NCBI GenBank assembly: GCA_039586795.1
Contig: JBDHJS010000041.1
Coordinates: 1-44,316, forward strand
Reading direction: 5' to 3'
Length of the DNA stretch: 44,316 bases
Source of the DNA: Gemmatimonadota bacterium
Lineage (GTDB): Bacteria; Gemmatimonadota; Gemmatimonadetes; Palauibacterales; KS3-K002
The notes below the pieces were generated by a model. The model searched no databases, was not told the origin of the DNA, and worked only from the letters and a program-made list of their open reading frames with translations. The translations under genes and the position numbers were made by a program. Within the stretch, counting starts at the first letter, position 1. Each line of letters begins with the position of its first letter. Shown piece after piece: positions 36,929 through 44,316 of this stretch.

Positions 36929-38197
36929 CTAGAGCACCAGACGAAGCGGGTTTTCCAGCATCTCTCGGAAAGTGGCGAGGAATTCCGCCCCCATCGCCCC
37001 GTCAACCGCACGATGGTCGCACGAGAGCGTCACGCGCATGCGCGAGCGTATCTCGATCGACCCGTCGATCACGACAGGCTTCTCGACCGTGGCGCCCACG
37101 GCCAGGATCGTGGCGGCCGGCGGATTGATCACGGCGGTGAATTCGTCGATACCGTACATCCCGAGGTTCGAGATCGTGAACGTCGCGCCATAGTACTCCT
37201 CGGGGGCGAGCTTCCGCTCCCGGGCGCGCTCGATCAGGCCGCGCATTTCGGTTGAGATTTGCCGGAGCCCTTTGGGCCCGACGTTACGCAGGACGGGGGT
37301 GATGAGACCGTCGCTCACAGCAACCGCCAGGCCGACGTCGACACGTGTGAATCGGCGAATGTGGTCTTCCGCGAAGGCGGCATTGACGTTCGGGTGCTCG
37401 GCCAGGGCCTGGGCCGCCGTTTTGATGAGGATCTCGTTTACGCCGATCTTGACGCCCGATCCCTCTAAAGAGCGGTTGAGTTCCGCGCGCAGGTCGAGTG
37501 CCCGACCCATGTCGATCTCTGTGGTCAGGAAGAAGTGGGGGACTGGCCCCAGGCTTTGCACCAGGTTGCGCGCGATAGCCTTTCGCAGCTGGGTGAGCTC
37601 GACCCGCTGGTAAGGAGGCTCGGGCCCCACGGCGGCGGTAACGGGCGCCGCGACGACGCCGCTGATCGCGGCCTCGATGTCACGCTTGATGATGCGGCCG
37701 CCGGTGCCGGTACCCTGCACGCTTTGGAGCGGCACGCCGCTGTCCTGAGCAATCCGTCGAGCGAGGGGCGAGGCTTTCACGCGGCCGCCATCGTGCTGCG
37801 ACTCGACGACGGGTTCGGGCGCCGAAACTGCTACCGGTTGGGTCGCGGCTGCGGGCTCCGGCTCGGTGGCCGCGGGTTCCGCTGTGGTTGCGGCGCCGTC
37901 GCCGTCGGTGCTGGGCACGGCGGCCTCCGCTTCGGCGAGGATGCTCGAGATGTCCTCGTCAGCGGCTGCGACGACGGCGAGGAGCGTACCGGTGGGCACG
38001 GTGGCGTTTTCCTCGACAAGGATCTTCCTCAGCACGCCGGAGCCCATGGCCTCCACTTCCATCGTGGCCTTATCGGTTTCGACTTCGACGACGACGTCGC
38101 CCGACTCCACGGGGTCGCCTTCCTTCTTGACCCACTGGATGATTCGCCCCTCTTCCATGGTGGGCGACAGCTTCGACATCACGATTCGCGTGGCCAT
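36929..38197 (-). CDS. pdhC: Dihydrolipoamide acetyltransferase (PDH E2), single lipoyl domain
   Basis: LSPTMEEG, ETDKA lipoyl motif, ASPLARR E3-binding domain, SNLGM, DHRAVDG. Confidence 0.95.
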   Translation of the reverse strand: MATRIVMSKLSPTMEEGRIIQWVKKEGDPVESGDVVVEVETDKATMEVEAMGSGVLRKILVEENATVPTGTLLAVVAAADEDISSILAEAEAAVPSTDGDGAATTAEPAATEPEPAAATQPVAVSAPEPVVESQHDGGRVKASPLARRIAQDSGVPLQSVQGTGTGGRIIKRDIEAAISGVVAAPVTAAVGPEPPYQRVELTQLRKAIARNLVQSLGPVPHFFLTTEIDMGRALDLRAELNRSLEGSGVKIGVNEILIKTAAQALAEHPNVNAAFAEDHIRRFTRVDVGLAVAVSDGLITPVLRNVGPKGLRQISTEMRGLIERARERKLAPEEYYGATFTISNLGMYGIDEFTAVINPPAATILAVGATVEKPVVIDGSIEIRSRMRVTLSCDHRAVDGAMGAEFLATFREMLENPLRLVL

Positions 38198-38200
38198 ACG

Positions 38201-39177
<977 letters not shown>

Positions 39178-39187
<10 letters not shown>

Positions 39188-40221
39188 GGGTCCCTCCGCT
39201 TCAGGTCGGGGTAGTCCCCGGCGTAGATGTCGGTGTACAGGTCATCGGCGGTGGGCGCGGGGCTGTTCTGAGCGAACTCGACGGCGCCGTCGACGATCTT
39301 CTTAACGTCACCCTCGATGAGCTCGAGGTCGGAATCGGTCACCATCTCGTGCTTCTTCAGCGTTTCGATGTACCGCTTGATGGGGTCATCATTTGCTTTG
39401 AAGCCGCTGACTTCTTCCTTGGTGCGGTAGTGGCCGTAGTTCGGGTCCGACATGGAGTGACCGACGAAACGGTATGTCTTCGCCTCGACCAAGCTCGGGA
39501 GCTTGTGGGTGCGGGCGCGGTCGACGGCCGACTCGATCGTGCGGCGCACCTCGAGCAAGTCCATACCATCGATCGTCCAGCCCTGCATGCCCTCGTAAGC
39601 GCAGGCCCGGTCGGCCAGGTTTTCGATCGCCGCGGCGCGATGCACGGCCGTGCCCATGCCGTACTGGTTGTTTTCGATGATGAAGACGACGGGTAGGCCG
39701 AACAGCGCCGTCATGTTGAGCGCTTCGTTGAACGCGCCGATGTTGGCGACGGAGTCACCCAGGAAGCAGACGCAGACCTGATCCCCTTCGCGATAGCGGA
39801 TGGCGTAACCGATGCCGACGGCGATCGGTAAGTGGCCGCCGACGATGGCGTGGCCGCCCATGAAGTTCTTCGATGCATCGAACAGGTGCATCGAGCCGCC
39901 TTTGCCCTTAGAAGAGCCGTCCACCCGACCGAACAGCTCGGCCATGATGGCGCCGGGATCCATGCCGCATACGAGCCCGTGTACGTGGTCCCGGTAGGCC
40001 GTGATCACGTAGTCGTCGTCGCGCAGCGGCGTGATGGCGCCCACCGCCACCGCCTCCTGTCCTATGTATAGGTGGCAGAAGCCGCCGATCTTGCCCACCT
40101 GATACATCTCGGCGGTCTTTTCCTCGTAGCGGCGGCCGAGGATCATCCACCTGAGCATCTCGATCAGCGCGTCGCGATCGAGGCCCAGCAGCTCATCCGT
40201 CGGTTTTGTTCTTGTTGCCAC
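39178..40221 (-). CDS. pdhA: Pyruvate dehydrogenase E1 alpha subunit
   Basis: GFCHLYIGQEA, YRDH, GKGGSMH, GD...NN TPP motif, YRFVGHSMSDP. Confidence 0.95.
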
Positions 40222-40333
40222 GGATCGATTCCTCCGTCTCGGTACTGCCCAACAACGCCGGCGGCAGCGCCCGCGTTTCTACATCCTGTGCTGCTCACCT
40301 GTGGGGGAGAGGACCTCTTCGCTCAGTCCGGCG

Positions 40334-41347
40334 TCAGGTCGTCGGTGCCGGCCGCTGGGAGAACGAACCGCCACCGATCGACTCCACCTGTTCTCGAGCG
40401 TGGTACGAACTGCGGACCAGTGGGCCCGCTTCCACATGCTTGAACCCGATCTCCACCTCGCCGACCTGCTTCAACTCGGCGAATTCATCCGGAGTGTAGT
40501 ACCGGTCGATGGGAAGATGCTGAGCTGAGGGACGCAGGTACTGCCCAAGCGTCAGTATTTCGATGCCCACCTGGTGCAGATCGGACATCGCGGCGAGCAG
40601 CTCCTCTTGCGTTTCACCCATCCCACAGATGATCCCGGATTTCGTCAGCACTTCCGAGTCGACTGTCTTCGAATGAGCAAGGACCTCGAGCGCGCGGTCG
40701 TAGCGGCCGCCCGGCCTGATGAAGCGGTAGAGCCGGGAGACCGTCTCCAGGTTGTGACTGAAGATCTCGGGCCGTGCGTCGACGACGATCTCGACAGCAT
40801 CCAGATCACCCTTGAAGTCTGGGGTGAGCACCTCCACGGAGCACTCGGGGGTCAACCGGCGGATCGATCGGATCGTCTCGGCGAAGATACCGGCGCCCCC
40901 GTCTGGCAGATCGTCTCGATTGACCGACGTGATTACCGCGTGCTTGAGCTCCATGGCGCGCACGGCCTCGGCAACACGCATCGGCTCCGCTTCGTCCAGC
41001 CCTTCCGGCATCCCCGTCGTCACGGCGCAGTAGGAGCAGGAGCGCGTGCAGATGTCGCCGAGGATGATGAATGTCGCGGTGCCCTGGCCCCAACACTCGC
41101 CCATGTTAGGACAGTGCGCTTCCTCGCAGACCGTATGCAACGTCTTGGCGCGCATCAGCCGCTTCAGATTCACGTACTCGCCCGAGCCGGGCGCCCGCGC
41201 TTTTAGCCAACGCGGCTTGCGGCCCTCCGGACCGGCGTTGATGGGCGTACGATCCTCGAGCAGCGGCTGCACCTCTTCGCGCTGCCGCCGTAGGATTTCG
41301 TACTCCATCGGGAGTTCGCCGGGCTGTAAGACCTTCAATTCGCGCAT
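40334..41347 (-). CDS. lipA: Lipoyl synthase
   Basis: CEEAHCPNMGEC, CTRSCSYC, RSSY; start MRELK at 41347 (uncertain). Confidence 0.96.
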   Translation of the reverse strand: MRELKVLQPGELPMEYEILRRQREEVQPLLEDRTPINAGPEGRKPRWLKARAPGSGEYVNLKRLMRAKTLHTVCEEAHCPNMGECWGQGTATFIILGDICTRSCSYCAVTTGMPEGLDEAEPMRVAEAVRAMELKHAVITSVNRDDLPDGGAGIFAETIRSIRRLTPECSVEVLTPDFKGDLDAVEIVVDARPEIFSHNLETVSRLYRFIRPGGRYDRALEVLAHSKTVDSEVLTKSGIICGMGETQEELLAAMSDLHQVGIEILTLGQYLRPSAQHLPIDRYYTPDEFAELKQVGEVEIGFKHVEAGPLVRSSYHAREQVESIGGGSFSQRPAPTT

Positions 41348-41549
41348 TAGACGCCTCGCGGCCCAGCCAAGGCTACGGGCCTGGCCGGCCGGTTTGCGAC
41401 CCAAAGACTGTCGGAACCCTATAAATTAACACTATCTGTGGCTTCGTCTACCAGAACGGCTCGTACTTGCGCTCTGGCTGGGTCATCTTAGCATAGGATA
41501 TTCACGGTCGTGCTATATAAGAAGCACTCGCCATATATGTGGAGGTCCG

Positions 41550-42032
41550 ATGTCGCTAGCCGCCGAAATCGGCGAACCAGCTCCCCATTTCGAGCTCAAC
41601 TCGTCGTCCGGCGATTCGGTATCGCTCGAGGAGCACTTCGGCAAAGGGCCGACCGTGCTCCTGTTCGTGCCGCTCGCCTTCACCCCTGTCTGCACGAACG
41701 AGTTGAGGATCGTGCGGGATGACTTCGATTTCTACACGGGCTTGAGCACTCGTGTGCTGGGCACGAGCGTAGACAGCCAGTACACGCTCAAGATTTGGGC
41801 AGAGCAGCTGAAGTTGCCGTTCGAACTGTTGAGCGACTTCAACAAAGAGACGGCGGCGTCCTACGGAGCACTCTACGAGGAGCTGGGCGGGTTGCGCGGG
41901 GTGGCGAAGCGGGCGGCTTTCGTGATCGATAAGGACGGGATCATCCGCTTCCGCTGGGTATCGGAAGACGCCAGCGTGCTGCCCCCGTTCGACAAAATCA
42001 AGGCGGCTGTGGAAGAAGCGGCGGCTACCTGA
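41550..42032 (+). CDS. 1-Cys peroxiredoxin (AhpE/BCP-like)
   Basis: PLAFTPVCT.E, SVDS, LLSD, RAAFVIDKDG; SD GGAGG. Confidence 0.9.
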   Translation: MSLAAEIGEPAPHFELNSSSGDSVSLEEHFGKGPTVLLFVPLAFTPVCTNELRIVRDDFDFYTGLSTRVLGTSVDSQYTLKIWAEQLKLPFELLSDFNKETAASYGALYEELGGLRGVAKRAAFVIDKDGIIRFRWVSEDASVLPPFDKIKAAVEEAAAT

Positions 42033-42768
42033 CGATACCGTAGATCGAGTCTATTTCTGCGCTCATCTCGGCGAGCGCCTCGATAGCGTCGCCCGCCACG
42101 TAATCGATCCTCAGCTCGACAAGCCGATCCCGGGTCGCGAAGCGCGCTCCGGGACCGACGACCAATAGGGCGGCGGAGTGAGCGCCGTCTTCTTCACCGC
42201 CGGCGTCCCGGCCTGCCAGGAGAGCGGCCAGTAGTCGGTCGGCCAACCGTCCGTCCTCCGCCGTGAACGCCTCCTCCATGGCGGTGAGAACATCCGGCGA
42301 TACCAGGCGATTGCCCGCGATCACATAGGTGTTACCGACCACGTCACCGGCATGGTCCGGCAGCTTCTCGCCGGTGAACGCGGCGCCACCATTCTGTGAG
42401 AGCGCCAGAACCTGACGACTTTCGGGGTCCTCGTCGCCGAACAGTCCTACCGTTATCGCTCTGCCCGGGGCGAGCCCGTCACTCATGCCGATCATGACCT
42501 TGTCGTTGACCTCCAGGAAAGGGCCGCCAAGGACCACTACGCCGCCCACCTTGTAGTCGAGGAACTCGAGGTTCATGCCGATGAGCGGAGCGTTGCTGGC
42601 GGCGGCGACGCCGTACTCTCCGGTGATCTCGTCGCGAGCCAGGATGGCGAAGGAGGCAGCCGGCGGTTTGATACCGGGATCTGGCAAGCCCGGCATGGTG
42701 AGCGCGGTCCCGAGCAGCAGAGTGGGGATGACGACCAACAACGGGATCGCACTGGGCCTCGGCATCAT
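42025..42768 (-). CDS. DUF1028 family (Ntn-hydrolase-like) exported protein
   Basis: Signal peptide, SFAILARD.TGEYGVA, GN.L, LADRLLAAL.AG..AGG, SAALLV, LRID. Confidence 0.78.
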   Translation of the reverse strand: MMPRPSAIPLLVVIPTLLLGTALTMPGLPDPGIKPPAASFAILARDEITGEYGVAAASNAPLIGMNLEFLDYKVGGVVVLGGPFLEVNDKVMIGMSDGLAPGRAITVGLFGDEDPESRQVLALSQNGGAAFTGEKLPDHAGDVVGNTYVIAGNRLVSPDVLTAMEEAFTAEDGRLADRLLAALLAGRDAGGEEDGAHSAALLVVGPGARFATRDRLVELRIDYVAGDAIEALAEMSAEIDSIYGIVR

Positions 42769-42963
42769 GGAATCCGTCTCCTGTCTTCTCAGCCTGGATC
42801 GGAATTGGGCGACCTGAGCTAACCGTAGATTCAACCTTAGTTTGGGGGCTGCGACGCGTCAATCTGGGAGAGGGTTGCCGACCTAATGGCCCATTCCTAT
42901 AATCGGGTCGACATTCGAACCGCTATGTTGTACTCACGATTTTGCGACAAGGGGCAGAAGAAA

Positions 42964-43212
42964 GTGACCTACATCATCGCTCAGCCCTGCATCGAAGTAA
43001 AAGACGCGGCCTGTGTCGATGTCTGTCCGGTGGACTGCATCTACGAGGGCCCAGATCAATACTACATACACCCGGAGGAGTGCATCGACTGTGGTGCCTG
43101 CGTGCCGGAATGCCCGGTGGATGCGATATTCCCGGATGATGAGGTTCCCGCGGAGTGGTCCGAGTTCATCGCCAAGAACTATGTGCATTTCGATATGGAA
43201 GCGCCTAGCTGA
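42964..43212 (+). CDS. fdxA: 7Fe-type dicluster ferredoxin
   Basis: GTG start; TYII..PCI.VKD.ACVDVCPVDCI and CIDCGACVPECP. Confidence 0.93.
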   Translation: MTYIIAQPCIEVKDAACVDVCPVDCIYEGPDQYYIHPEECIDCGACVPECPVDAIFPDDEVPAEWSEFIAKNYVHFDMEAPS

Positions 43213-43244
43213 GCAGCCCACCTGAACGGAGTGCGATCGATAGA

Positions 43245-43268
43245 GGCGCCCGGTTTCGGCCGGGCGCT
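43245..43268 (+). terminator. GC-rich hairpin after ferredoxin
   Basis: GGCGCCCGG-TTTCGG-CCGGGCGCT; weak U-tract. Confidence 0.55.
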
Positions 43269-43274
43269 GCTGTT

Positions 43275-43820
43275 ATGGTATATCAACCGGATGTATTGCG
43301 TGTGAACGACCGGGAAAAGAATCTACGAGAGAAGATTTCGGAAAGCCGGGCCGATCCCGACGCGCTGCGCGAGCTGGCGTTGTTGATCGGTCAGGCACGG
43401 GATCGGAAGACTGAGGCGGTGGACGTCTGGCAGCGGTACCTGGATGCGGCCGACGCCGCGGACGTTTCCGACGCGCTCCTCGGGTTGGGTCGGGCGCAGA
43501 TCGAGGCGCGGCTCGAGGTGGAAGCGATCGAGACGCTGCGTCGATGCACTCGGGAGGCGCCCGAGCTGCCGGAGGCGTTCGAAACCCTCGGGTCGCTGCT
43601 GCATCGAAGCGGTGATTTGGAGGCGGCGGCGGGTGCGCTGCGTAGGGCGGCGGAGTTGCAGCCGGGGAATGTGCAGCCGTTGTTGGCGCTGCTTTCGTGT
43701 CTTGATGAAATGGGCGATTCCGATGCGGCGCGGGAGGTGTTGGGGTCGGCGCAGAAGATCGCCTCGAGCGATCCGGCTGTGGCGGCGTTGATTAGAGAGC
43801 TGTTGCAACGTCGGGGTTGA
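43275..43820 (+). CDS. Tetratricopeptide repeat protein
   Basis: Repeated A...LG......G....A...L.RA....P patterns; alternative GTG start at 43302. Confidence 0.8.
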   Translation: MVYQPDVLRVNDREKNLREKISESRADPDALRELALLIGQARDRKTEAVDVWQRYLDAADAADVSDALLGLGRAQIEARLEVEAIETLRRCTREAPELPEAFETLGSLLHRSGDLEAAAGALRRAAELQPGNVQPLLALLSCLDEMGDSDAAREVLGSAQKIASSDPAVAALIRELLQRRG

Positions 43821-43839
43821 GTAGAAGGACCTGGCGGTC

Positions 43840-43895
43840 ATTTCGACAGCCGACAGCGGACAGCCGCGTATCGGCGACCGAATCCTGTTCGGCGA
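43840..43895 (+). repeat. Dispersed intergenic repeat, copy 2
   Basis: ATTTCGACAGCCGACAGCGGACAGCCGCGTATCGGCGACCGAATCCTGTTCGGCGA; matches 20441-20497. Confidence 0.75.
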
Positions 43896-43959
43896 TCGAC
43901 GTTCGACTTCCGAGTCTCGTCTTTCGGCCGCGTCGGGAGTTGTTGGTGGGGCGAGTCCA

Positions 43960-44316
43960 GTGAGCGAAAAGAGCTTGAGGGTTGCTGAGGCGCGGGCCCT
44001 GCAGGAGAAGCTTCGGGCGGACATTGTCTTCGAACCACCCAAGGGTTTCTCTCCGCGTCTTGTGGCGGGCGCGGATGTAGCGTTTGACAAGGCACGGAAC
44101 CAGGCGTTTGCGGCAGTGGTGGTTATCGAGTTGGAAACGCTCGAGACCATCGATGAAAGTACTGCGATTGAGCCGATCGCTTTCCCCTACGTGCCAGGGT
44201 ACTTGAGCTTTCGCGAGTTGCCGGTTCTGGCGGCGGCGTGGAAGAAGTTGCGGGAGCATCCCGACGTGGCGGTGTTTGACGCTCATGGTTATGCGCACCC
44301 GCGTCGTTTTGGGCTG
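43960..44316 (+). CDS. nfi: Endonuclease V, 3'-truncated by window edge (absent from ORF track)
   Basis: Manual translation from GTG 43960: ...ARALQEKL...VAGADVAF...FPYVPGYLSFRELP...FDAHGYAHPRRFGL. Confidence 0.93.
   Translation, partial: MSEKSLRVAEARALQEKLRADIVFEPPKGFSPRLVAGADVAFDKARNQAFAAVVVIELETLETIDESTAIEPIAFPYVPGYLSFRELPVLAAAWKKLREHPDVAVFDAHGYAHPRRFGL

Noticed and set aside
43323..44298. Minus-strand ORFs of 275 and 168 aa
   Set aside because: Shadows of the TPR gene and of nfi, which is clearly encoded on the plus strand

Overview
GC-rich, gene-dense bacterial chromosomal window with about 40 CDSs; the gene style tentatively suggests a Gemmatimonadota-like organism. No rRNA, tRNA, CRISPR array or recognisable mobile element was seen. 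The right end is housekeeping: lipA-pdhA-pdhB-pdhC-lpdA-lipB, pyrE, proline dehydrogenase, peroxiredoxin, 7Fe ferredoxin and nfi. The rest is accessory: secreted peptidases (M64, M14, M20), hydrolases and transporters. Three loci stand out. (1) A MerB-like gene (26386-27075), split in the ORF track, appears to read through an in-frame TGA at the position of the second catalytic Cys, followed by a SECIS-like hairpin, so it is a predicted selenoprotein. (2) A five-gene operon (9392-16594) behind a candidate sigma54 promoter encodes a FemABX-like GNAT, two AsnB-like ligases that both lack the glutaminase Cys, an ATP-grasp ligase and a PrpF-family isomerase; it is a candidate novel amide-forming biosynthetic or envelope-modification pathway. 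(3) Two tandem, secreted, six-cysteine paralogous mini-proteins (30833-31306) lie between a membrane-anchored CxxC thioredoxin-fold gene and a beta-propeller gene, divergent from a large outer-membrane barrel gene. Also noted: a Fur homolog missing most metal ligands, a probable ATC start codon, and families of degenerate heptamer and dispersed intergenic repeats.
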